DNA from: an uncultured Rhodospirillaceae bacterium
GTDB lineage: Bacteria; Pseudomonadota; Alphaproteobacteria; UBA9219
NCBI GenBank assembly: GCA_964390005.1
Contig: CAYMGM010000003.1
Coordinates: 81,758-145,757 of the forward strand
Length of the DNA: 64,000 bases
Direction of reading: 5' to 3'
Part shown: one piece after another, positions 19,885-28,622 of the stretch
Position numbering within the stretch: the first letter of the stretch is position 1
Layout: each line of letters opens with the position of its first letter
Program-made: the position numbers and the translations under genes
The notes under the pieces: generated by a model
Told to the model about the DNA's origin: nothing
The model's input: only the letters and a program-made list of their open reading frames with translations
Database searches by the model: none

Positions 19885-20016
19885 CGGACCGCAGGGCGCG
19901 AGGGCCCTTTAAACCTCAATATGATGTTAAACCCCGACGAGTTTAAGGATTTGACCCCTAATATCGGGTTAACTTTCGGGGCGGCGACACATTAAAGAAG
20001 GGGGCGCGGCGAAACG

Positions 20017-20526
20017 TTAAAAGTCGTCCGAATCAGCCGGTACCGCAAACCGGACGGTATCGGACCAATAACGTTCAAGCTGCCGCAGGGTACGCCATGT
20101 CGTTTCGATATCGTCAGGACTTCCTTGCTTGAACAACGATTCGGCCCAGCGCTGTTGAAGCCCGGCCAGTTTGGCCAGAACGTCGCGGCCTTTGGCCGTC
20201 ACTTTCAGGCGTGCCGAGCGTCGGTCGCGTGTCGAGGCTTTACGATCGACATAGGCGCAATCAACCAGTTGCTTTAGGTTATAAGAAGCGTTCGAGCCAA
20301 GGTAATAACCGCGTTCGATCAAGTCGCGGACCGATATCTCCTCGGCGCCGATATTGCTCATCATCATGACTTGGACGGGGCTGATATCGGTGACGCCGAT
20401 GCGCTCCATCTCAAGGCGCAAAACGTCCAAAAAGCGCCGGTGCATACGCTCGATCAGGCGCGGGAGTTCTTGAAGCAGCTGATGCTTGTCTGCCGAGGTC
20501 GGCAGGGAAGATGTCTCGTTTATCAT
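20017..20526 (-). CDS. MarR-family transcriptional regulator
   Basis: 169 aa with a winged-helix region (ISVRDLIERGYYLGSNASYNLKQLVDCAYVDRKASTRDRRSARLKVTAKG), typical of MarR. Confidence 0.85.
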   Translation of the reverse strand: MINETSSLPTSADKHQLLQELPRLIERMHRRFLDVLRLEMERIGVTDISPVQVMMMSNIGAEEISVRDLIERGYYLGSNASYNLKQLVDCAYVDRKASTRDRRSARLKVTAKGRDVLAKLAGLQQRWAESLFKQGSPDDIETTWRTLRQLERYWSDTVRFAVPADSDDF

Positions 20527-20602
20527 CCGAAAACTTTACGGGGGATTAAATAATTTTTCGTTAAGCTGGCAGCGAATCACGGCCAGAGAGGAGCCCCTTT
20601 TC

Positions 20603-21616
20603 ATGTCTTTGTCGAAGAAATCCGCGCTTTTAGGCGCTGTTGTCAGTCTGCTTTGCCTTTCGGGTTGCGCGGGCGTGCATCACGTCGATCCGGCTTCGCC
20701 ATCGGCGGAAAAAACGCGAGCTGCCGAGCAAATTGCCGCGCGCGGCGATGCGGCGGGCGCGATGGCTTTTTATCGTCAGGCGCTTGAAGCGGATGGGCAG
20801 AACAGTCAGGCGCTGACGGGGCTTGCCGGGCTGGAAGAGAAAATGGGCGATCGGGAAGCCGCCGAAGGCCATGTTCGCGCGGCGCTTGAAGCCGATAAAC
20901 GCAGCGCCTCCGCGCGGCGAATGTTGGCGCGTTTGTTATTGGCAAAAGGCCAACCCGAGGAAGCAAAGGAACAGTATCTCAAGGTGTTAGATCGCGACGA
21001 AAAAGATCTAAAGGCCGTCAATGGTCTTGCCGTTTGTTTCGATCAGCTCGGCGATCGCGAGAAGGCCGAGAAATTGCTGCGCGAGACCTTGGAAAAAAAT
21101 CCGCAAGATCAGGCCACGGTGAACAATCTGGCCTTTTTGCTTCTGAATCATGGCCAAGCGCCGGAAACGATTGCTTTGTTGGATCCATGGCTTACCCGTA
21201 AAGAGACCGAACCCTCATTGCGGCAAAATCTTTCTTTGGCCTTGGCTATCACGGGGCAGACTCATCGGGCGGAAAGTATTGCGCGGCTTGATTTCCAAGG
21301 CACCGCCCTGCGCGCGCGTTTGATCTATCTTGAGAAAGCCTTACGTGATGGGAAGATCCCCGAGAACGCTGAAAAACTTGTCAAACCCGCCGCCTCGGTC
21401 TTAGAGATTGGGCCTTTTCCAACGCAAGCCATGGCCAATCAGGTGCTTTTGCGCTTAGCTGAGAAGACGGATCCGAAGCCGACGCTTGTCACGGTCTTGT
21501 CTCAGCCGGAAGGAACGCCGCGTTTTGTTGTGCGGGTCGAGGGGAAAGACACAGCGTCTTTAACGACAGTGTGCGCGCAAGCCGCCGTTCAAGACAATCA
21601 ATGCCGGTTCCGCTAA
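20603..21616 (+). CDS. TPR-repeat lipoprotein with a C-terminal SPOR-like domain
   Basis: Start re-picked at MSLSKKSALLGAVVSLLCLSGCAG (lipobox LSGC; GAGGAG RBS). Several TPR units (AMAFYRQALEADGQN...). The C-terminus VLEIGPFPTQAMANQVLLRL...RFVVRVEG resembles SPOR peptidoglycan-binding repeats. Confidence 0.7.
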   Translation: MSLSKKSALLGAVVSLLCLSGCAGVHHVDPASPSAEKTRAAEQIAARGDAAGAMAFYRQALEADGQNSQALTGLAGLEEKMGDREAAEGHVRAALEADKRSASARRMLARLLLAKGQPEEAKEQYLKVLDRDEKDLKAVNGLAVCFDQLGDREKAEKLLRETLEKNPQDQATVNNLAFLLLNHGQAPETIALLDPWLTRKETEPSLRQNLSLALAITGQTHRAESIARLDFQGTALRARLIYLEKALRDGKIPENAEKLVKPAASVLEIGPFPTQAMANQVLLRLAEKTDPKPTLVTVLSQPEGTPRFVVRVEGKDTASLTTVCAQAAVQDNQCRFR

Positions 21617-21830
21617 CAAATTGATTCTAAGCCTATTGTGTGTGGATGCTGTTTGCCCTTGCTCGGGAAAACGGCCATGACGCCTTGGGCCCGATTTCTT
21701 TTTTGTTGCATTGCTTTCAAGGCAAGCAAAGCGTATAAAATCCATAGATTTACTAACAATCTGTTAACCATAAGCAGGCGCAAGCCTAAGATTATTTATC
21801 AAGATTTATTGAACTTGTTCTTTTGATGCG

Positions 21831-22184
21831 ATGATTGGAAAAAAAATGAAGAACAAAACAGAATTGGATAAAGCCATAACCACTGCAGCACCGCCACGAA
21901 AAATGGCGGATGCGATTGCCGAGGCCCCGCTTTTCCGCGCCAGCGCACATGTGATCGATCGCCTTGCGCCGCCGTGGAGCCAAACAATCAACGAGCGCGA
22001 GCTTTTATCGATTTATGCGCTTTTGGCCTATGTTTCGCATAATCAGAACGTGCAACAAGAGCTGGTTCAGATGGTGGTCGAAGCCGAGTTTGGCGTTGAT
22101 AATGTTGCCAAAATCCGCTGCGAAGATTACGAACGCGCCATCGCCTTTCTCGTCGATCTCCGCCTTGACGAAATGGTCAACTAA
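21831..22184 (+). CDS. Hypothetical protein
   Basis: 117-aa ORF downstream of an AT-rich 214-bp gap. No recognisable motif. Confidence 0.4.
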   Translation: MIGKKMKNKTELDKAITTAAPPRKMADAIAEAPLFRASAHVIDRLAPPWSQTINERELLSIYALLAYVSHNQNVQQELVQMVVEAEFGVDNVAKIRCEDYERAIAFLVDLRLDEMVN

Positions 22185-22329
22185 CGGCGGCGTGGCGCCG
22201 CAGCCCTTTTGTTGAGGCTCAGCGGCTTCATCGGGGGATGCGGTTGTTTGCTTGCTTCAAAAAGCCATTCTTTCTACAGTCCATTCATTGATACAAACTT
22301 CCTTTCTTCTTTGAAAAAGATGTGAGGCC

Positions 22330-22950
22330 ATGTTTAAAAATCCTTTGGGCTGGAATAAAATTTTAAGTGGACGCCTTCCTGCGGATAAAGCCGACGATCT
22401 TGTGCTTGTCAGCTGTGGCCCCAATCCGCGCGCGTCAACCGATCTTGTTCTGGTACCTTGCGGCCAGGCGCGCGACTTTCTTGAGATTTTGGACTATTTC
22501 AGAGCTTGGCCCAAAGGGCGTTCTTGTAGTTTTTATGCGCAAGGCATGCCTTTGTGGGAAGACATCCGTCAGGATTTATGGGCGCGCTCTCTTGAAAAGG
22601 GACTTGCTTGCGAATGGACGGCTGGGCGTTTTTCTCTTGAGCGTCCTGTGGTCCAGATTTCGTCTTATGCGCATCACCCGGATTGCCAGCCGGAAAAATG
22701 GATCTTTACGACATTCAAAATATACGACGCGGAAAAGAGAGATTATCTTCATGTCCAGCATTCGCAGTGCGAAGGGCTCAACATGTGCAGTTTGCTGGAA
22801 TGTTATCATGCGTCGGATGACCAGCCGCGAAATGTTCGTTTTCCCTTTAATTTATTCACAAAACGTGCGGACGTTCCTCTGCGGGTTGATGCCTTTTTAA
22901 AGGGGCGGCGGCCAGAGGAATTTTCTGCAACAGGCGGCTTTACGCTGTAA
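22330..22950 (+). CDS. Hypothetical protein (Cys/His/Trp-rich)
   Basis: 206-aa ORF with no family recognised. The overlapping 177-aa ORF in another frame (22367..22900) is less coding-like. Confidence 0.45.
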   Translation: MFKNPLGWNKILSGRLPADKADDLVLVSCGPNPRASTDLVLVPCGQARDFLEILDYFRAWPKGRSCSFYAQGMPLWEDIRQDLWARSLEKGLACEWTAGRFSLERPVVQISSYAHHPDCQPEKWIFTTFKIYDAEKRDYLHVQHSQCEGLNMCSLLECYHASDDQPRNVRFPFNLFTKRADVPLRVDAFLKGRRPEEFSATGGFTL

Positions 22951-22984
22951 GCGGATTTACGTCCGGTGGCGGGAGCTGCGTTTT

Positions 22985-23506
22985 TTAAGCTAAGACCTCC
23001 ATGAGCGCGCCATTTTCTGTTGAAACCCCTACGGCATAACGACAAAAGAACGGCTCTGAAAAAATCCCTTGAACGGTAAGGGTGGGGCGGGGGTCTTGTA
23101 CGCGCGCCAAGGTTAGATGCGGCGCGTAGCTGGCGCTAGATGTCAACGAATGGCAGCCTTCCTTTTCGATGATAGAGACGGCTTTTTTCTGCGCCTCGAG
23201 CAGCTGGGGCGGGCGGTTTGTCAAATACTCGGCCCAATAAAAACCTTGGTGTGTTTTCGTGCCTTCCCGAAAATGAAACGCTGTCAAGGACAAGGGTAAG
23301 TCATCAAGGGGCTGTATCGCTTCGAACAAAGCGCACGCCATCGCGGGGCTTGGCGCATAAAATTGACAAAGAGTCACATGAGGAAGGGCCGCGACGCCTA
23401 ACAAATAGCCCTGTGCCACCGGGCCAAACAACGCTTGGGCTTGGCTGATCGCCTGCGCGGTAAAGTGTTCATCCTGTGGAACAAGAACCATATTATAGCG
23501 CTGCAT
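22985..23506 (-). CDS. 2H phosphoesterase superfamily protein (ThpR/LigT-like RNA 2',3'-cyclic phosphodiesterase)
   Basis: Two HxTx motifs with correct spacing: LPHVTLCQF and APHLTLARV. Start re-picked at MQRYNMVLVP (23506), because the longer ORF would run into the phaC terminator. Confidence 0.7.
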   Translation of the reverse strand: MQRYNMVLVPQDEHFTAQAISQAQALFGPVAQGYLLGVAALPHVTLCQFYAPSPAMACALFEAIQPLDDLPLSLTAFHFREGTKTHQGFYWAEYLTNRPPQLLEAQKKAVSIIEKEGCHSLTSSASYAPHLTLARVQDPRPTLTVQGIFSEPFFCRYAVGVSTENGALMEVLA

Positions 23507-23546
23507 TGTCCTGTCCTTTGAAGCGAAGGGGCTTGGCGCATCATAA

Positions 23547-23583
23547 AACAAAAGGGCGGCTCGGAAAGCCGCCCTTTTTTGAT
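23547..23583 (-). terminator. Intrinsic terminator downstream of phaC
   Basis: GGGCGGC / GCCGCCC 7-bp GC stem (23554..23560 and 23568..23574) with a 7-nt loop. On the minus strand it is followed by TTTTGTTTT; A- and T-tracts lie on both sides. Confidence 0.75.
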
Positions 23584-23599
23584 TTTTTAAGGGATTCTC

Positions 23600-25837
23600 T
23601 TACGACGATTTAACCCGGACATACGAACCGGGGGCGTCTTCGATCGCCCGGCCATTCGCTGATGGATCGCGCGCGGCGACCATTTCACCCGACAAGGGCT
23701 TAAGCCAGCGAATCCATTCCGGCCACCACGACCCGTCGGTTTGCGTCGCGCTGCCAAACCAGTCTTCGGGGTTCGGGGCGTTGTTGTCGTTGGTCCAATA
23801 GCAGTATTTCCGTTTTTCCGGCGGATTGACGACGCCAGCGATGTGGCCCGAGCCGGACAAGACATATTTGACCGGGCCTTTGAAAAGCTGGGTCACCGCA
23901 TAGGTCGAACGCCACGGCGTGATGTGATCTTCGCGTGTCCCCAGCGCAAACACGGGGATGTCGATTTGATGCACATCAAGCGGCGTATCTTTCAGCGTGA
24001 TGCCGTCAGATTCGACCAGCTTGTTTTCCAGATACATGTTCCGCAGATAAAAGCTTTGCATCGCGGCGGGAAGGTTCGTCGAATCCGCGTTCCAAGCCAA
24101 CAGATCGAACGGGAAGGGCTCACGTCCCAGCAGGTAATTGTTGACGACAAACGACCACACAAGATCGTTGGCGCGCATAAAGCTGAACGCCGTCGCCATC
24201 ATCGAGCCGCCCAAATAGCCTTGTTTGGCCATCAACGCTTCGATAAAGCCGACTTGGTCTTCGTCGATGAAAACGCCAATCTCGCCGGGCTCGGCAAAAT
24301 CGATCATCGTGACAAGATAGGTCGCGCTGTTGACGGCGGGGACTGGGCCTTCGGGCGGTTGCTTGCCGTTCAGCGCCTTGAGATAGGCCAGTGTACAGGT
24401 CAGCAACGTGCCGCCAATGCAATAGCCCAGCGCATTGACCTTTTTCTCGCCCGTGATGGTGCCAATCTCGCGCAAAGCCGCCAGCGGGCCCAAGGTCATA
24501 TAATCGTCAAAGCCCATATGAGCATGGCGTTCATCCGGATTGACCCATGAAATGCAGAAAACGGTAAAGCCTTGCTGCACCAAATAGCGGATCATCGAAT
24601 TATCGGCCCGCAGATCAAGGATGTAATATTTGTTGATCCATGGCGGCACGATCAAAAACGGCGTTTTATGAACCGTGTCGGTCAGCGGCGAGAACTGGAT
24701 TAACTGCATGAGATCGTTCTGATAAACGACTTTGCCTTTCGTTGTCGCGATGTTGTCGCCAAACTTAAAGGCGCTTTGATCGCTCATGCTGATGAGAAGC
24801 TGGCCGCGTCCGCGCTCTAAATCGCCCAGAAGATGTTCCAGGCCCTTGATCAGGTTTTCGCCGCCCGTTGCCAACGTTGTCCGCAGAACTTCCGGGTTCG
24901 TAATGATGAAGTTGCTGGGCGACATCGCATCGGTGAATTGGCGCGTATAGAAATCGACCTTGCGCAGAATGCGCGGATCGATCCCGTCAACCTGACGGAT
25001 CAGGCTTTGGATCCATTCCGAGGTCAGCAGATAGGTTTGTTTGATGTAATCGAACAACCAGACTTCTTGCCAGGCGACATCTTTGAAACGTTTATCTGAT
25101 TTTGCCGGAGATATAACCGGTTGAGCTTCTTTGCCGCTCATGCGCGCAATCGCCATTTGCATGACGCGGACATAGTCCTGCCACAGCGCCAGTTGAGACG
25201 TCACAAATTTCTCAGGCGTTTTGGACAGGCGCTCTGATAATTCCAAGAACGCTTCGCTAAGGTGCGCCGGGTCGTAAGACGTCACCTGCTCCATGAAGGT
25301 TTTGTTGCGTTCTGTGAACTCTTTCAAGATCTTATGGCTGCGTTCGGCCACGCGGAGCATAAAGCCCGTCCATTCAGCGGCATCGGGCCAGTGCGGCGTC
25401 GTATCGCCCATTGAAAGAGGCGGGGCCGCTGTTTTCGTGGGGGCTGGCTGAGGGGCGACAAAAGCCGATGCCGCCGTCGAAGCCGCGGAAAGGGCTGCCG
25501 ACAAGGCATCTGCCGGTGTTTCAGAGCCAGCGGCCATTTTTTCGGCCACGGCTTTCAATTTGATGACTGTATCGCGCAAAACAGGCATAGGGGCCAAGGC
25601 GGGCGCGGGTTTGGCGCTGGGTTTGGGCTCGGCTTTGGGGGCCACGGGGGCCGGGGTCGGCGGGACGGTTTCGCCCATCGAGGTGGCCAAGGCCGGTTTC
25701 GTTGCTTTATTTCTTGCCTTGGTTTTCTCGGCGGCCATCTGCGCCTTCATGGTGGCCTTCAGTTTGGCCAAGGCGTCGATCGAGGCGTTTTTCTTTTTTC
25801 TGGCTTTGGTCTTTTTATCGTTGGCTGCTATGGTCAT
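23600..25837 (-). CDS. phaC: Class I poly(3-hydroxyalkanoate) synthase with a roughly 140-aa Lys/Ala/Pro-rich N-terminal extension
   Basis: Lipase-box GYCIGGT with the active-site Cys, and conserved blocks WVNPDERH, DLLAWNADSTNLP and EDHITPW. The N-terminus is KKTKARKKKN...PKAEPKPSAKPAPALAP. Confidence 0.9.
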   Translation of the reverse strand: MTIAANDKKTKARKKKNASIDALAKLKATMKAQMAAEKTKARNKATKPALATSMGETVPPTPAPVAPKAEPKPSAKPAPALAPMPVLRDTVIKLKAVAEKMAAGSETPADALSAALSAASTAASAFVAPQPAPTKTAAPPLSMGDTTPHWPDAAEWTGFMLRVAERSHKILKEFTERNKTFMEQVTSYDPAHLSEAFLELSERLSKTPEKFVTSQLALWQDYVRVMQMAIARMSGKEAQPVISPAKSDKRFKDVAWQEVWLFDYIKQTYLLTSEWIQSLIRQVDGIDPRILRKVDFYTRQFTDAMSPSNFIITNPEVLRTTLATGGENLIKGLEHLLGDLERGRGQLLISMSDQSAFKFGDNIATTKGKVVYQNDLMQLIQFSPLTDTVHKTPFLIVPPWINKYYILDLRADNSMIRYLVQQGFTVFCISWVNPDERHAHMGFDDYMTLGPLAALREIGTITGEKKVNALGYCIGGTLLTCTLAYLKALNGKQPPEGPVPAVNSATYLVTMIDFAEPGEIGVFIDEDQVGFIEALMAKQGYLGGSMMATAFSFMRANDLVWSFVVNNYLLGREPFPFDLLAWNADSTNLPAAMQSFYLRNMYLENKLVESDGITLKDTPLDVHQIDIPVFALGTREDHITPWRSTYAVTQLFKGPVKYVLSGSGHIAGVVNPPEKRKYCYWTNDNNAPNPEDWFGSATQTDGSWWPEWIRWLKPLSGEMVAARDPSANGRAIEDAPGSYVRVKSS

Positions 25838-25921
25838 GATCTCTCACACGGAAAATGACAAAGGTGGGCGCAGATGTGGAATACAACGGCGGGTTCATTC
25901 GGAAAGGAGCTTTTTCATAAC

Positions 25922-26308
25922 ATGAAAACGGAATCAAAATCAGCCCTTTTTCGCATGATGGCTGTTTGTATGTTGTCTTTTTTTCTAACTGGTTGTGCGG
26001 ACACGCCTTGGCCGAACTGGCTTTCGGGCGAGCCCGATCAAAAAACGCTGTATGAAAACCGCACGATACCGGCCGCGCCGCAGACGTCTTCCGACACGCC
26101 TTGGCCGAACTTGGCCGATGTCCCGCCGCGGCGGACAGACTTTTCGCCAAGCGCCGAGCGTCAAGACGATGTGCATGTCATGACGCAAGATTTTGGCGAA
26201 GCGACGACGATCAAAAAAGAAGTCGATAGCGTGCCACCGCCAGATTTATTGCCCTTACCGCCGCCTTCGGTCATTGGCGCGCCAACCGCGCCAAAGGAGG
26301 GGAAATAA
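25922..26308 (+). CDS. Small lipoprotein, hypothetical
   Basis: MKTESKSALFRMMAVCMLSFFLTGC lipobox. The motif DTPWPN occurs twice; Pro-rich. The stop abuts the hom start. Confidence 0.55.
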   Translation: MKTESKSALFRMMAVCMLSFFLTGCADTPWPNWLSGEPDQKTLYENRTIPAAPQTSSDTPWPNLADVPPRRTDFSPSAERQDDVHVMTQDFGEATTIKKEVDSVPPPDLLPLPPPSVIGAPTAPKEGK

Positions 26309-26309
26309 G

Positions 26310-27599
26310 ATGAAGCCATTGCGTTTAGGTGTTGCAGGTTTAGGAACAGTTGGGGCGGGGACCGTACGGCTTCTTCAGAACAATGCGGCTTTCATTGCGC
26401 GGCGGGCGGGGCGACCTGTCGTCGTCAGCGCCATTTGCGCGCGCGATCAGGTTAAAGCGCGCGCGTGCGATACGGCGGCAGCGACGTGGTTTACCGATCC
26501 GTTGGAATTGGCCTCTTGTCCCGATGTCGATGTCGTTGTCGAATTGATGGGGGGCGCAGAAGGCGCCGCGCGCGCCTTGGTCGAAGCCGCACTGAGAGCG
26601 TCCAAACCTGTCGTGACAGCCAACAAGGCCCTTCTTGCGACGCATGGGACGGCCCTTGCCGCGCTTGCCGAAGAAAAAAACGTGGCGATCAAGTTTGAGG
26701 CGGCTGTCGCAGGCGGCATTCCGATTATCAAGACGCTGCAAGAATCTTTAGCTGGGAATCATGTGACGCGCGTTGTGGGGATTCTCAATGGGACCTGCAA
26801 TTTTATCCTGACGCGGATGGAAACGGAAAAAATGCCCTTTGCGGCGGCCTTGGCCGAAGCGCAAAAATTGGGTTATGCCGAAGCCGATCCGTCTGCCGAT
26901 ATCGATGGACATGACAGCGCACATAAATTGGCTTTGTTAGCGGCGTTGGCTTTTGGCGTTCAACCTGATTTGGCCGCGGTCAGCATCGAAGGCATCCGCG
27001 ATCTGGATGCCATCGATATGCAAATGGCCGAAAAGCTTGGCTATCGGATCAAGCTTTTGGGCGTTGCCGAAAAAAGCGAGGCCGGGATCGAACAGCGAGT
27101 CAGTCCCTGTTTGGTGCCGCTTGATGCGCCTTTGGCCGGGGTCGATGGCGTTTTAAATGCCGTGGCTGTGACGGGCGATGCCGTGGGGCCGTTAACCTTG
27201 ATCGGGCGCGGGGCAGGGGGCGACGCGACGGCCAGCGCCGTTGTTGGCGATCTTGTTGATCTGGCGCGCGGGGGTTCGGGGCCTGTTTTTGGCTCTTTGT
27301 CAGCCTTTTTAACGCTACCGCAGCCTGTACCGACCGCCGCAAGGCAAAGCAGACGTTATATTCGTCTGCCCGTGGCGGATCGGGCTGGCGTTTTGGCCGA
27401 ACTTGCGCTTATTCTCCGCGACGAAGGGGTGTCGGTCGAGTCGATTCTCCAGCATGGCCGTAGCGTCTCGCAGACTGTGCCGGTTATTTTGATCACCCAC
27501 ACCGCCAGCGACGAAGCTATCGGGCGCGTTTTGCAAAAGATTGCCGGGCTTTCTTGCTTAGGTGGTCGCCCCTGTTGTCTGCGGGTCCAAATGGATTGA
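26310..27599 (+). CDS. hom: Homoserine dehydrogenase
   Basis: MKPLRLGVAGLGTVGAGT (NAD-binding), ANKALLA, ILNGTCNFILT, EADPSADIDGHDSAHKL and a C-terminal ACT domain. AAGGAGG RBS before ATG 26310; the track ORF start at 26193 is an over-extension. Confidence 0.92.
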   Translation: MKPLRLGVAGLGTVGAGTVRLLQNNAAFIARRAGRPVVVSAICARDQVKARACDTAAATWFTDPLELASCPDVDVVVELMGGAEGAARALVEAALRASKPVVTANKALLATHGTALAALAEEKNVAIKFEAAVAGGIPIIKTLQESLAGNHVTRVVGILNGTCNFILTRMETEKMPFAAALAEAQKLGYAEADPSADIDGHDSAHKLALLAALAFGVQPDLAAVSIEGIRDLDAIDMQMAEKLGYRIKLLGVAEKSEAGIEQRVSPCLVPLDAPLAGVDGVLNAVAVTGDAVGPLTLIGRGAGGDATASAVVGDLVDLARGGSGPVFGSLSAFLTLPQPVPTAARQSRRYIRLPVADRAGVLAELALILRDEGVSVESILQHGRSVSQTVPVILITHTASDEAIGRVLQKIAGLSCLGGRPCCLRVQMD

Positions 27600-27632
27600 A
27601 CCTGCTTTGGGATTTTTAAAAGGAGTTTCCCT

Positions 27633-28622
27633 ATGCGTGTTGAAGAAGCCTATATGGACCGCAACCTAGCGCTTGAGCTGGTGCGCGTGAGCGAAGCGGC
27701 GGCTTTGTCGGCGTCTCTTTTGGTTGGGCGCGGCGATGAAAAAGCCGCCGATCAGGCCGCGGTGAACGCGATGCGTCGCGCGCTGAATGTGCTGGATATC
27801 GAAGGCACTGTGGTGATCGGTGAAGGCGAACGCGACGAAGCCCCGATGCTTTATATCGGCGAAAAGGTCGGGACCGGCAAAGGGCCCAAGATCGATATCG
27901 CGTTGGATCCGCTGGAAGGCACGACCATTTGTGCGACGGGCGGCCCCAACGCGCTGGCCGTGATTGCTATGGCGCAAGATGGTGGCTTTTTGCACGCGCC
28001 GGACGTTTACATGGATAAAATCGCCATTGGCGCCGGGCTACCACCGGGGCTCGTCGATTTGGATGCGCCCGTTGCCGAAAATCTGAAAAATCTCGCGCGC
28101 GCCAAAAATGCCGATTTGTCGGATTTGCTGGTTTGCATTTTGGACCGTCCCCGTCATCAGGAACTGATTGCCAAAACCCGCGAAACGGGCGCGCGCATCA
28201 TGTTGATTGGCGATGGTGACGTTTCGGGCATTATCTCGACCTCGACGCCTGACAGCGGCGTGGATATGTATGTCGGTATCGGCGGCGCGCCAGAAGGCGT
28301 TTTGTCGGCGGCTGCTTTGCAGTGCATTGGCGGGCAAATGCAGGGGCGTTTGTTGTTCCGCAACGATGACGAAAAAGCGCGTGCGGCCAAGGCCGGGATT
28401 ACGGACCTGAATAAAAAATATGAAATGAACGAGCTGGCGCACGGCGAAGTGATGTTTGCGGCGTCGGGCGTGACCAGCGGCACGATGTTGCGCGGCGTTC
28501 GCCGTTTTGCGGGTGGGGCGATCACGCATTCGATCGTTATGCGCTCGAAAAGCGGGACGACCCGTTATATCGAAGCGCATCATAACTTCCGCCGTAAGCC
28601 GTTTTTGATGCCGCAGGAATGA
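27633..28622 (+). CDS. glpX: Class II fructose-1,6-bisphosphatase
   Basis: LALELVRVSEAAAL, DIALDPLEGTT, GDGDV and GIGGAPEGVLSAAAL match GlpX blocks. Confidence 0.92.
   Translation: MRVEEAYMDRNLALELVRVSEAAALSASLLVGRGDEKAADQAAVNAMRRALNVLDIEGTVVIGEGERDEAPMLYIGEKVGTGKGPKIDIALDPLEGTTICATGGPNALAVIAMAQDGGFLHAPDVYMDKIAIGAGLPPGLVDLDAPVAENLKNLARAKNADLSDLLVCILDRPRHQELIAKTRETGARIMLIGDGDVSGIISTSTPDSGVDMYVGIGGAPEGVLSAAALQCIGGQMQGRLLFRNDDEKARAAKAGITDLNKKYEMNELAHGEVMFAASGVTSGTMLRGVRRFAGGAITHSIVMRSKSGTTRYIEAHHNFRRKPFLMPQE

Noticed and set aside
26193-26309. 5' extension of hom (track ORF start 26193), with similar extensions for cysS, gltX, adh, cobB, the lectin-like gene and the TPR lipoprotein
   Set aside because: The extensions overlap upstream genes or terminators and lack an RBS. 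Internal ATGs have good Shine-Dalgarno sequences and give canonical N-termini or signal peptides.
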